Part shown: piece after piece, positions 25,131 to 37,707 of the stretch
How positions within the stretch are numbered: position 1 is the stretch's first letter
Layout: each line of letters starts with the position of its first letter
NCBI GenBank assembly: GCA_002633005.1
Contig: NMRA01000085.1
Location: forward strand, 297,915-349,375
Length of the DNA: 51,461 nt
Direction of reading: 5' to 3'
From: Phoronis australis
Taxonomy: Eukaryota; Animalia; Phoronida
Position numbers and translations under genes: made by a program
Notes under the pieces: model-generated
Database searches by the model: none
The model's input: the letters and a program-made list of their open reading frames with translations, nothing else
Told to the model about the DNA's origin: nothing

Positions 25131-25689
25131 TGGAGAGGCAACAGAAAACATCTGTGTTTCAGGTACTTTTTATTGGATGGGTCTACTTAAGAAATTGTAA
25201 CTGTAAAAATACTTAGGAATCTGATTATTGAGTACATACATATATAAAACATTATCACACATACGTGCTGATACAGGCGTGTGATAAAGGAGGTATCAAA
25301 CAGTATGATACGAAAGAACTACAATTCCGTATTCACATAACCCATATTAGACCAAAACTTAAAAGTCAAAGGTCAGGTCTGATGGGTGCAACCGAAAGTG
25401 ACATCATCGGCAAACCAGAAGAATGTGACAAACAGTATGCTTGAAAGCTTCCTTCCGACAACACCCGTCTTATCAATAATTTCTAGCTGCAAGATAGGCT
25501 GCCGCGAATTTCTTTAGATTATTGATATACAGATAATTGTTTTATTTCCTTATAACAATACAGTACACAGGACACAAGTCAAAGCTGTTATTGACTTTAG
25601 ATGACCCATGAATTACGCAAACAGATTGTTAATACAGATGAATGTCCCTATTTTTAACCTGGTTCGTGATACCGAATTGATGTCCTATT

Positions 25690-25845
25690 CAGTGCTGTAG
25701 TGGGGCGTAGGCGCTGGTAGGCGCAGCGAACCACCTTTTGGTATTTGAACGTAGCGCCTACGCACCGTAACTTCCGTTCAGTGCTTAAGGTGATACGGTG
25801 GGCTTTGGGCGCATACTTACCTCTAATTTTACCACTACAGCACTG
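25690..25845. mobile_element. hAT-type MITE
   Basis: 14-bp perfect TIR CAGTGCTGTAGTGG/CCACTACAGCACTG; 8-bp TSD GTCCTATT/GTCTTATT. Confidence 0.85.
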
Positions 25846-26019
25846 GTCTTATTGTAGTTTAGTGCAGAGGTCCTCAATTAATGCTTGACATCTGACATTA
25901 GTGATGACTTACATGTATTGGGGATGGGTTTACGTTTTGCCACTTCAATTCTCCTAAATTCTCCGTGTTGATTATTGTTGCAGCTAAATATTTTAATTAC
26001 GCCACGACCAAGTTTGTCG

Positions 26020-26895
26020 CTATATGTGCTCTGTCGTCTGCTGCAACTTTCTGCGGCTGAGTTGCACTACGTCTGTGCCTTTAGCAGACACGATAGAAAT
26101 ATTCCACAGAAGGTTTTTTGAACAAACGAGCTCATGCTGCAATAAAGGACAAAATTTAACAGGTAGCTGACTGCAGCGACATCTTCGGCGAAGGAAAGCG
26201 GGTCAAGTGTGGCGCTGCCGAGTTGATCTGATAGAACAGTCACGGAAAAAAACGACCCTGTAGGAATTTCTGCGCAAAGTGTAACAACACTGACTGCTAC
26301 CAGCGTGGTTGTTGTGCGGGTGTTGACAGAGTCCAAAGTTCGCTCTTTCGAGTTACTTCACAGAGCTGAACTTGTCATTTTTGCGCGTCTTGTTTGGCTG
26401 ATGTGTATGTTGTAAACGAGGGCGATGTTAAGAACTAGTACAATAATGTCTGGAAAATAGTTTTAAAAGACTGCTCGAACAAGGAAATATGCTGAAAAAT
26501 ATCTCGTTGGATCAGTCATCCAAGACTCGTACACTTCGTTGCACCCAGTCACAAGAACAGAGTCATTTGTTTTCGACGGAATTACGACATGCGAGTCCAC
26601 AAATCTCATGAAGTCAACAGAGATTCCCAGGAAGTAGGTTAAACCTATCATGATACCAGTTTTCTTGAATGTTTGTTACTGTGTACATCATGAAGGGTTT
26701 TCGCACAAGGTATAGACGCTGAGCAGCCATGATAACCGTAAGCCAAGCATAAATTGTACGCGTTGTGGCGGGAGTGTGCGTAAGTGTAAATTTAAACGCT
26801 GTGCACCATTCGTAGGGAACCCTTTCGATGTTGTCGAAGGTGAATATTATGTATACATCGAAACTGGCAGGATGACCAAGGCTGTGATTAAGTCA
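26020..26895 (-). pseudogene. 5'-truncated pseudogene paralog of the sex-peptide-receptor-like GPCR
   Basis: Colinear with 37708-38610 from DLITALVILPVSMY (TM2) through VPYEWC, AAQRLY, VVIPSKTNDSVLV.GC.EVYESW, CAEIP and LNFVLYCSMSS to the equivalent TAG at 26020-26022. Several frameshifts, an internal stop and a TM7 deletion. Confidence 0.93.
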
Positions 26896-26899
26896 TTGT

Positions 26900-27030
26900 G
26901 TTAAGAAATGTTTGTAACTTTTCTTTGAACCTATGATCTTTCATATTTGAAAAAAAATATGTGCTGCTGTTCTACCAAAAAAACTTGAACTTTTGCGTAA
27001 GTTTTTGTGGTCGTTCACTGACTAATCTGC
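26900..27030 (+). repeat. Interspersed repeat abutting the truncated 5' end of the pseudogene; second copy at about 2065-2170
   Basis: TCTTTGAACCTAT...TTTTGCGTAAGTTT.TGTG..CGTTC.CTGACTAAT occurs in both places. Confidence 0.7.
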
Positions 27031-27339
27031 AGCTACCAGGCTGTGGCGTAGTTTTGTCATATCCAACTTCAGTGTTGACCTACTTTGAATACACTTCTAG
27101 TTTAAGTCGCGAGGCCTTTAGTGTCTTTGTTTTATACTCGGTTCGTTAAAGTTGTCCATATCTGAACATTCGTTTATAAGTAAACGCTACATGGTGTAAG
27201 GATGAAACGGTAAGTACTATTCCGTTCGAGTGACAGTCTATTTACTAAGATGCATGTGATTTATATTTAGAATTTCAACGATTTCGACAACATGTTGTCT
27301 ATATTCTGCAGGGTCCGTTAGCCGGCCAGGATGCAGTGG

Positions 27340-28440
27340 TTTGATTGAAATGTGAATTGGCAAGGAAGGGCGCGCAGTCTTTAAATAAAACTTCTACTTC
27401 AGTAGACAATACTCACAAAAAGTTCCGTGGAAGATCCTTGAGAAGTTTGAACTGTATATTCGTCCGAAGAAAACAAACAGTTTGCCCTCTTCAAAGTACA
27501 TGCTTGAAAGCAGAGAGAAGGCGAGACATTTGATACCGTTGTAAAGAACTATGCTTCGACTCCAAGGACTTGAATAAGGCTGTTAAAGGAAAACATCACC
27601 TCATAAAAACCATCGAAGATGTTGCTCTCCGTATCCCAGGTGGCAAAGTATTTTCAGTCCTGGACGCCAAGTATGGATCCTTACAGATTAGATTGGTTGA
27701 GGAATCGTCGTATCTCCGTTCAACACCCCCGATACGCCGATACAGATGGCTTCAACTTCCCTTTGGCATCAATTGTGAGCCTGGAATTCATCAACGTATC
27801 ATGGATGATATGATATCCGGGAAAAATTACGCATTCACCATCATCGACGACATACTTATAGCAGGTCAGGATATGGAACACCATGACAAAATTCTCCGGG
27901 AGTTGATAGAGAGAGCCATGCTCTTCATTTTGAAGCTCAACTGCAACAAGTGTCGAGTCCGTCAACCTAGTGTACCGTAAAAGGAACACCTCGTAACTGA
28001 GTGTGGTTTGTTGCCAGATCCAGCTGAAGCGCTGTAGTCAACATGCCACCGACAAAGAAGTGTGAGACGGGATGGTACAGTGCATACCGAATCTCAGCCA
28101 AGTGAATGTCCCGCTCACAGTACCCTTGAAGTCAGACGTCCAATTCCAATTGAGACATACTCAAGAGAAGAGTTTCAACGAACTCAAGAGCTATGCAGCA
28201 GCATACTTTGACGTTAAAAAAGACATACAGATTGAATGTGACTCCAGCGAGAATTGCATTGGTGCGATCATCATGTAAGACGACAAGGACATTGCCTACG
28301 CCTCTCGAGCAGAAAAAGAAAAATGCTGTCTATCGTATTCACCTGTGCTAAGTTCCATTGTTTCATCTTTGCAAAGCCAGTCACCGTCTGCAATGACCAC
28401 AAACCAATTGACATACTATTCACCAAGCCACTACTGTCAC
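27340..28440 (+). mobile_element. Ty3/Gypsy pol remnant (RT and RNase H)
   Basis: LNKAV..HH.IKTIEDV...GKVFSVLDAK..., LPFGI, TIIDDILIAG (YxDD-equivalent), LKLNCNKC, IECDSS...IGA, VCNDHKP. Stops and frameshifts present. Confidence 0.92.
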
Positions 28441-28914
28441 GTGGTGTCAGCTCCATTCTGTATACGCTTAACCCTCTTCACTAGCAGTGACTTTTACATG
28501 ATGAATTGCCAATCACCAATTTTCACGGGTATTTACAGCCACTTTTCAATACTATTGGGGGTTTGTTTTGCCCAAAAAATTAAATACTAGTATTAAACTT
28601 TTGCCTACTTGCGCTATTTAAATCCAAGCTTTTCATGACATGAATAATTTTGGATAGCGCAAGTTTTAAATACATTTATTCTGTTTGATAAGGTAACATT
28701 CCGGCTGTTCCACACATCACGAGACTTTTTAAGATTCTTGATGAGTAGATCAAAATTTAAAAAGTCATTTTCTTGTTTGTTGTGGCTGAAAAATATTATC
28801 AGAATTTGAATGAGTTTGCAGGTCCATTCAAATCCATATAACAGGTCAGAACATCTATTCTCATTACCTACATTGTAAATACAATCCTTCGCATTTCCTT
28901 AAAGATAATCTCAC

Positions 28915-29160
28915 TGTTCCAAGAAAGGGATTTAAGTTCATTTTTTACTTAAGTCTCAGATTTGTCTCAAATTCCAAACTTTGAAACTCCCACATATGAT
29001 AGGTTTGTCAAAATTAAGACAAAATTCAAGTAAAAAACCTAAGTCTAAATTTAGATCTCTTTCTTGAAACAGACTTGAGACAAATTTATGTTTTGTCTTA
29101 AAATTGATTGAAATTTAAGATTTGTCTTAGCTCAGTCAGTTTTCTTGGAACGGGCTCCAG
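28915..29160. mobile_element. Harbinger-like MITE remnant
   Basis: GTTCCAAGAAA...TTTCTTGGAACGGGCTCCAG inverted ends; internal TTAAGACAAA/TTTGTCTTAA subrepeats. Confidence 0.5.
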
Positions 29161-29499
29161 ACAACAACTCAAAATGTAAAAAGTTTAGATAAATTTCTCC
29201 TGAATCTTTGTCTTGTAAAAATAAAGTGGTGTCGGCATATCGAAGTATTTTTATTTCAGTTTTCTCAGCACTGATGCCTTTGATTAAATTACAGTTTTGT
29301 AATTTGCCTTAACTTCAACAGCCAAACACAGCAAAGGCTCCGACAAAAAAATCACCCTATCTTACACCTTTTCCATATAGGACAATAATTCGTATAGAAG
29401 CCATTTTTGACAACACATGCTGATCGCTTGGTATAAATTGTCTTCAACCCCACTGTGAAAACCGGTACAAATTTGTTCATTCCTTCAGAGGTTCTAGCT

Positions 29500-30192
29500 G
29501 GATCCCAACAGCCACACAATGTACCCCATCAACCCAAACTACCTTGGATCACTATCGTTTTGTCACCGTTGATCCCAACAATATTTTGCATGCTGCAGAT
29601 CGGGACAAGTTCCACGGCCTGCATCGCGAATTCGCTCACGTATTTGTTCCGCAATACTCCGGGTACAACAGCGCCACAGGCCCGTTTGAGGCAGTTGTCA
29701 ACATGGGTCCTACGCAACCTCCACAGACAAAAGGTCGCCTCCCACAATACTCAAAGGACAAGCTCCTGGAATTGCAACAAAAATTGAACGAACAAGAGCT
29801 ACTGGGAGTATTCTCCCGTCCAGAAGATGTTGGTATTACGGCAGAATATCGCAATCCTTCGTTTCTAGCCAAAAAATCCCACAGAGGTTTTCGTTTAGTT
29901 ACAGCATTTGCCAACCATCTCCGATGCCTGACGTAGATTTCGTGCTTCGGAAGATTGGAAGTTCATCATCAAGACTGATCTTACGAGTGCCTTATATCAA
30001 ATTCTTTTATCACGAGATTCCATGAAATATTGTGGCGTATCCACACCATTCCGAGGTATCCGTGTCTATGCACGTTGCGCCATGGGTATGACCGGTTTGG
30101 AAACCGCTTTGGAAGAGTTGACGTGACGTGCATTGGGTGAGATTTTGGAAGAAGGGGCCATCATCAAGCTTGCCAATGACCTCTGTGTAACG
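29500..30192 (+). mobile_element. Reverse-transcriptase remnant of a second, divergent Gypsy-like lineage
   Basis: VDPNNIL...GYNSATGPFEAVVNMGPTQPPQTKGRLPQYSKDKLLELQ..GVFSRPEDVG..EYRNPSFLAKK..GFRLVTAF, then [39 protein letters not shown] and IIKLANDL. Frameshifted. Confidence 0.85.
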
Positions 30193-31299
30193 GGGCTTGA
30201 TATAAACCAAACAGCTGGTAGCTTTATCAAACTATTTATTTCGCAGATTTCAATCCTGTAATAAATAAAACAATATTTACAATGGGATAAAACCAGAAAC
30301 AATTCACGGTATCATGATTTACATAGCTTTGCCACATTATATCGACCGGATACCTATCGTCGTCAGGCCCCGATGGTCGTCCGCAATCTTCTTTCGCGTG
30401 TAGCGCAGCCACGCGGGACTTAGCGGTCCAATTTCGAGTGCTCGTCTGCTCGTTAGGTACAAACCTCTCGGGAGAAACAGGCATCGAAGAACTGAGACGA
30501 AAAACGGCGCATTTACCGACTGTTTCTTGAAACCACTTAAAAACTTGTAGATTTTACTAATGCACTTTTTTGTTCATTTTCATAAGATATTTTCGAAATG
30601 AAATTTTCCTCAGCCGGGACAAAAATAACCCAGAACTTGTTTATTCAATGTATCTATTTGTCCCTGGCATCTGTAAGGCCAAAGGAAAAACACAGCACAC
30701 AAATGCCACACGCTGGGTGCTTAACAGTTTCTGCTCACGCATTGGCCATCAAAATATTGTCCACTTGTTTTTATAGCAAAACCCAGTGCAGAGCTCAATA
30801 TTGATGTTGAAATTTTTAGTTCAGGCATTTTGGATTTATATGAAGAAAATTAAAACACTTGAATTGATAGAGAATGGCCAAGAATTAAATAAAACGTTCA
30901 ATTTATTTCACCATATTGCATTGGCACATACAACACAGCATGGCATAATTAAACATACACATGATAGATTGCAATGTAAATGCAACTTCGCTATTGATTC
31001 ATTTATTTTTGATTGCAGAAGCATGTTAAATGTGAGAAAAATGTTCAAACAATATGACGTTGGGTAATTTATTAGAACAATTGTATGGAGGTTTAATGAT
31101 CAACTTCTGCCGACCAAGTCTCTAAGCGATACAGTTCTGTTTTGGCTGACAAGGTGTTAACAGAGAATGAAGAAACACTGAAAAGAAAACGAAAGACAGC
31201 AAAGTTACAAGAACAGTAATTATTTAGAACAAAAATGTTGGATTGATTTAATCGAATTTGCATGTTATCTATTGCTTAAATTTCAAAAATATTTATTTT

Positions 31300-31780
31300 C
31301 CTTAACTGAAATGCTGATCCAATGTTAATCGATTTAAAAATCTATTTGATACCAGTAAAACAGCCTGTTGTTGAAGCCCCCATCTTCCCTGATCATCCAG
31401 AGGCATAGTGGAGATCGCGACGAAAGCGCCACAAACCTCAATGGCAAACGGCCGATTGGATTTATAAATGATTTTACTTTTTACTGCGTTAACTTCATTC
31501 GAGACCATAGTGACTTGGGATATTATTAGCTCTGTGTTTACTGTTTTATGTTTTCAACTTCATCCATTCTGTTTCTTTCTCATAAATTCTGTGACTCAGA
31601 TTGGGAAGTCTTCCCCAGAACTTTTGTTTGACTCACCAAAAGCATTAGTGTCAGATAAAGCGTGAACATTGATACAATGGCTATAAGGCGAACTGCCAAC
31701 CATCCTAGACACTTCCACAACGAAAGGTAAATATTGACACACCGTTTTATGTGTATGTTTTACGTTGCTACTCAGCATTT
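31300..31780 (-). pseudogene. Possible very decayed hAT/ZBED transposase N-terminal fragment
   Basis: KIIYKSNRPFAIEVCGAF resembles the I..D.RPFS.VE..GF motif. The upstream BED-finger similarity is weak. Confidence 0.3.
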
Positions 31781-32806
31781 CATAAATGCATTATTTAGGC
31801 GCTTCAAGTGCTAATAGCGGAGTTGCAACCGAATCGATTTAACGATTGCGCATGTCCGAAAATTAGGGTGCGCAAAGGCTGTTGGGATTGATTAGGGTAT
31901 GTGGAATGGCCATTGGTTTGCATGACGTGTGATTTGTGTGTATTAAACTACGCTGCTGTATGTAATTCTGCCGCTATTCACCCTAATAAGCGCCCATGCC
32001 CCAATAAGTGCCCCAACGCGTTTTCAGACTTCGCTAAAGTAAGCGCCCAACCCATGAACTGCATGCGAGAAATGCCTTATCTACAGTTCTAAGGTCTCCA
32101 ATTTTTCCCAATTGAAAGATCCAACAGTCCTGAACTTGTAGACCACGAGCCTCACCGTTATGTCCGTATACACTTCAAACTTACGCCGCGATTGAAAAAG
32201 AACGCAAAAGTTTTGCTGCTCTTGCTAGGGATGTGCCCCACTACGCGGTTCTGGACTTTGAAAACAGACGCATCGCACTTGTCCGCGGGATTGCATTCAT
32301 TGTTTCTTTCTGGTAGGCTACTGATCTTCTACGTCCTCAGAAGGAATCCAAACTTCTTTGTACACGTGAAAACCGTGAATCGAAGACTAATAAAAAAAAA
32401 ACTCGACCAGTGTTAGCACGCGGCCAAGAAGCACGCGCTGCATAATGTACCGGCTGTCATCGAAGACATTTAGTCGGGAACTATCTATTCATGAAACGGG
32501 TAACATAGCATCGCAAGAAATAAATATTGGCACTAATTTCCGAAAGTTTCAAATACCCGTAAAAACTTTTGCATTATTTTTAAGAGAAATTATTTAACTG
32601 ATCATAATTGGTGTTTTTAAAGTCAAAATGACCCACTGATAGTGAACACATTCGCACCCTTACACCCCGAATCTTCCTGAAAATAGCTGTTACACTACGG
32701 TCACGCATCCACTCACCCGGCCACTCAATGAGTGACATATCGGTCTTGCCGAAACAATTCTCGAACGTTCTTAGCAGATGAGGCCAGCAAGTGCTAAGCT
32801 AAATAT

Positions 32807-33620
32807 ATATTTTTTTCACAATTAATACATTTATTACAAGAGACAAATACATATACAAATATACACACAACACAACACAACAACGTACAGAGCTGTGCAT
32901 ATAAATAACGAGAAAGCATTTCATTGTTACTTCGAAGTTAAAAAGTACTACTTAAGCTTCTGTTCTGGCATCAGGTCAACTCTCTGGGTCCCCTCATGTT
33001 TCAAAAACACATTTCCAATCTTCCCATTTTTTGTATCATTGAATTTCCGTGTGTTTAACGAAGCACTAACTTCTACATTAAAACACTCATTCAAAATTTT
33101 TTTAAGACATCCTAAATTAGGTTTGACGTTATCAAATTTCCTTTTAAAAATGAAAATTTTAGTTTGTAAAAGAAACCAATTTAAATTCATTTTTTTTCAT
33201 TTTGAAACCAAATATTGTGGTGGTTTTGTCTATTTCAAAATTTACTTGCATTGCAGTCGTGAGACGTACCCCGTGCCAGAAAGAATTAACATATTCACAT
33301 TCAAAGAATAAGTGTTCTAGAGTTTCGGGAAAGCATTTACAAAAAGTACAAGCATTTGAGTCCACGTATCTAATCTTATCTAAAAAGTAGTTAGTAGGAA
33401 GAATTCTATGCAGTAAGCGAAACTGAAAGAAAAGTAAGCTTGTGTCATTTGTACATTCATGTGGAAGTTTGTAATAGAAGTTCCACATCTTCTGTGACAG
33501 CGAAAATCCCAATACTTCGAATTTCTCATAAATACAAGGGCTGTATTCCACCATTATACCAATATACACATTAATTGACACCGCTTGTTCGTGACCTGAA
33601 ATAGTTTGTTTGTGAATTAA
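32807..33620 (-). mobile_element. 5'-truncated Tx1/L1-type LINE with A-tail and candidate TSD
   Basis: zf-RVT motif FQFRLLHRILPTN..L.KI....S..CTFC....ETLEHLFFEC..V..FW; AATAAA at 32835-32830; A-run at 32816-32810; 11-bp direct repeat AAGCTAAATAT at 32796-32806 and 33621-33631. Confidence 0.85.
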
Positions 33621-34321
33621 AAGCTAAATATTAAAACACGCTCTGCTTGACTGCTTGAGTTAATTTCTTTGGATACAATGCACACCTAGATCATTACATC
33701 GCATTTACTCTGGCAAATGAACTCTGATGACAACCACATGCACGTTTACTCTCACACTCACGCATACGAACTTCAAAACAAACGTCACGTGACAACAACA
33801 TGTGTGTTTCTCAAGAGATTTTTCTCGTATTGCGGGCTACAATCTAGCGCAGCTTTGGACTTAATCTGCTGTTAATCCAGACTCCACAAGAACTTAAAAA
33901 TCTTAGAGACGCTATTTGGAAAACTTGAGGAGGGTTTCAGGTAATTTGTGGAGTCGAAGCTGTATTCTATATTTAAGAATTCAAGCCCTATCGACGATTG
34001 CGAGACCGGCAGCTTTGACGCATTTGTCGGCGAGATTTCGCCCTGGGATTTCAGCACAATTTCCTGAAAAATGATCGTAATTTAACAACGAATTTTGATA
34101 GCAATGCACCACAATTTTGTAAAAAGTAAATAATAATAATAATATTCTGCACGCTTTAATGCATAAAGTGTGCGTAAGTTAAATGAGTCGAGCCAGAACA
34201 GGTGATCGTGCAGAGGCATTATCCTCAAAATTTCTCATGTTGGCTTGGTTCATGTCAAGCGAAAACAAGTTTTTTTTCTCACTACCATCCGCCGTGGAGT
34301 ATTTGTTAGTGTTTCTTTCAA

Positions 34322-34569
34322 GGGAAATATTGTTGGGAAGTTTCCAAGATAGGCCTGCGTTTTCTTGCCACCCACAAAATGAGCGCTGCATACTTTATGC
34401 TACGAAGTCGGAAAGAATTCACTAAGTCGGCCTTTGCTACCAGCTCTACTGATGTGTCTGACCCATGTTTAACGCAGTTCTTGAACCTTAGGAAACAGGT
34501 AGTAACTAAATTCTTTATCTTGCTAACTGGTATTATAGCAGCCAGGCACACAACACGTATAACCTCCAT
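34322..34569 (-). pseudogene. THAP-domain transposase remnant
   Basis: Reading through three stops: GYTCCVPGCYNTS*QDKEFSYYLFPKVQELR*TWVRHISR...FFPTS*HKVCSAHFVGGKK.../PTIFP. The complete C2CH signature with P, W, F and PTIF is present. Confidence 0.88.
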
Positions 34570-37500
34570 GTGGCCGGTTCGCCCCCACGCTTGCCGACGT
34601 ACAGTGTACTTGTTTACCGGCTTAACCACAATGCAACATTCTGACCCATTTCCAGTATGGCGGCGTTACAACTCCGCTATTGTCTGGGAAGACTTCAATG
34701 CATATTAAATGCAAGAGAATTTTTTATCAACCATTTTCCAAACTTTTTGATTTTTGACACTTGTAGCATTTTAAACAATATTTATGAGTTGAGCCGGGTG
34801 GATCCATTAGTCTGAAAATGTCCTCCTATTTTATGCCCCATTGGTAAATTAATATCGTGTCTCAGATTTTTAATTTGCTTTGAACAACAGAGGTAGTGGC
34901 CATCCAAAATAAAAAAATAGTTTTGGCTCTTATCTCTGTTGTTATATTGAAAATAAAAACATCTGAGACATGATTCCCTGTGTACTGACAGCGAGTACAA
35001 ATACTTGGGAGTTTACGTTTTTTAGAAGACTATGTCTTCAGCAAAAATTACTCCTGAAAAACCTGGTGGTCATGTGATTATAAACGAGCGTGCACAGTGT
35101 GGCAACTGTTTTATAACTGCCAATAGGCTAAAACTTGTATGGTATTTTTTCAAAACATTTCACAGAAGCCACGCTTTCTTTGTTATCACCATGTCGCATA
35201 TGTAGTAACTCTGATAATAAAAATCTATATATACATCTCATTCAAACAGTACTGTGTTTTTGTCAAACTTAATGCATGTGGGTGTATTCTAGGCATGGTG
35301 GCAACAAACCCGCAACTTCTGTGAAAAAAATGACTAGCTAGCCCCCACTAATCCACAGTCTGCTTCATTTTGTTCCTCAGGTCATCAATGATGCAGACCT
35401 GAATACCAGGTTAATTTCAGTAGTCTACGTAGTTTATTGTAACCAGTTTAAATTTACACTAAATTTAAGACTCCAATGAGGTCGCTACGGAAAAACAAAT
35501 CTGGCTATGAAAAAAATACGTTTTTAAGACCACTGAGAATATGGTTAATAACGTAATTAATCTGTGGCAGAATTGAAAATAAACCTCTGAAAACTTTTAG
35601 AATAAGGTATCCAAACACCGACATTGTACACAAGGAGAATTTAAATTTAAACTTGTAGCAGTGTGTTCGTTGGCAACAAACGCAACTTCTAATAAAACTA
35701 AATCGACAATTGTACAGTGTCAACTTTTTATAACAGCTATGCGAAGTTTTGATGGTAAATGTGTTTTTGTGTGTTTACCATTGATTGCATTTCTTTTTCA
35801 GTTTTTGTGCAGTGGTCCTTGGCGCAGGTTTGGAAATTCACGATTTATGTTTGCAATTCTCGTTTTTGTTTTGGTCTTATAGATAACCTATGGGAATTAC
35901 ATATATCAAAAAATTAACAAATCACCGATTTCCAAAGTCAACTTTGTCTAATGGGGGGACCTTTCCCTACTGACACGACCAAAAGACGTCGCTGGTATAT
36001 GCCCTTTTCATGGCCTCCAAACGGATCTGCTCCACTTTGTAATCCAGCCTTTACGGCTTGTGTTCAGGGTGTTGCGGTATTTTGCCAATATGGCCAATGA
36101 TACCTGTACTTTTGGAAACTTCTTTTGTCAAATACCCGCAAATTGAACATTCAGCACATGATGTCTATGATTCAACATCAGTTCAGTTACAGTCTAACGG
36201 GCGAGTTAACTCTGACCGTTTTATTTGCTAACAGTTCCTGTCTGCGCTGGATATTTGGAATATTGCGTTAAAGATGCCATGTCTCATTAAAGCCGTGAAT
36301 ATTCTAAGTTGTATCTATCGCCATCTAGTGACTTGCTGGAGAACTGCGTGTACAAGCATCACCAGGAAAAGAAACAATATGTATATAACTTGTGGTTTTA
36401 CTGAAAACAACACAACAGATACACTCAAAAACAAATGTTAACATATAAAAAACCTGATAATTCCTAAATAATACCCAATTGTTATTTGGTAGTGAAATAA
36501 ACAAGACATTAAAACTGTGCCTTGCTTCAGTGGGGTTACTCATTTACATAAAACAGTATCGCAAAAGGAGGGTTTCAGGAGATTGTAATTGTAACTGGTT
36601 CACGTATAGTTTATGGCACACCGGAAAACCTGGGGTTGTTTGTAAACTAGTACTTCATTTGCATATTCACAATTTAATGAAACATAGCATCTTTAAGCCT
36701 TTATGCTTGGTCATCTCGACACGACATGCTTTCACCTGTCATGAGATACAGCCTGACCGATAGCATTAAGTTTATCTTAGGCGAGGTGCTGAACACAGAG
36801 TTCGCTTGCAAAGCGAATATCTGCTTAAAATTACTAACAATAGAACAACAACATCTAATCGAAATGTGTCGATGGTCATATCGCAGTTATGTAGTAAAAG
36901 ACAGGATGGTTTGCTACGCCGTCTTGTTTCGTCACTGTACATGCAAACACGTACTGCGATGAGCCCTGTAAACGAGGGATGGCTATATCGTCACACAGAA
37001 TGCGCTGATCAACTTTTTGCAAATAATCTACTTGAACAAAGCCTGATTAGGTTTTTTAACGCGCACTAATGCATACAAATGTTTTCGGTGACTGCCGACG
37101 ATAACCTTTTGTGCTATGACTGATGAATCGAAAGAAAAAATCGAAGCGCCATTTTTCTTTCTGCTCAGTAAGGTTATCGATGGTTAACGCCGCCAGAAAA
37201 TCATGTTTGAATTTTGCGACAAACTGCGAGAAAAAGGTCATTTCTTTGAAACCACCTGTAACAAGAAGTGATTTATTTCCATTGTCCCTGCTCGGCCAGC
37301 TTACCTCCCTGCTTGAGGAATTTTGGAAGTATATGTAATGCCGTGTTAACTATGCTGACCTGTAATAGCGGCTTCCATGTTGTCGCCGCTATTTTTCATA
37401 GTGACGATAAAATTTTTGGTCTACACCTATTAGAGCAGCCCAGGGCACTTAGCATAGATAAACGAGGTACTAACAATAGGGCGCTTAGAGTCCACCTCAA

Positions 37501-37707
37501 TTTATGCAGAAATGAACGTCTGCCGTTGTCTGCACTCTGCCTCCCTAAACGTCACTTCCGGAGATAGCACGAGTAATCAGTAACATTACGAGAAGCCGTA
37601 ATTAACTGGAAAATATGTCTGGGATAATCAATGAATCGTAATTTTACTGAAAATGACATGAAAAAGGGTTGCCTTCACCTTTAATTACTTCCTTACCAAA
37701 TTTATCA

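Noticed and set aside
32895-33311. 138-aa plus-strand ORF
   Set aside because: Antisense shadow of the LINE ORF2 end.
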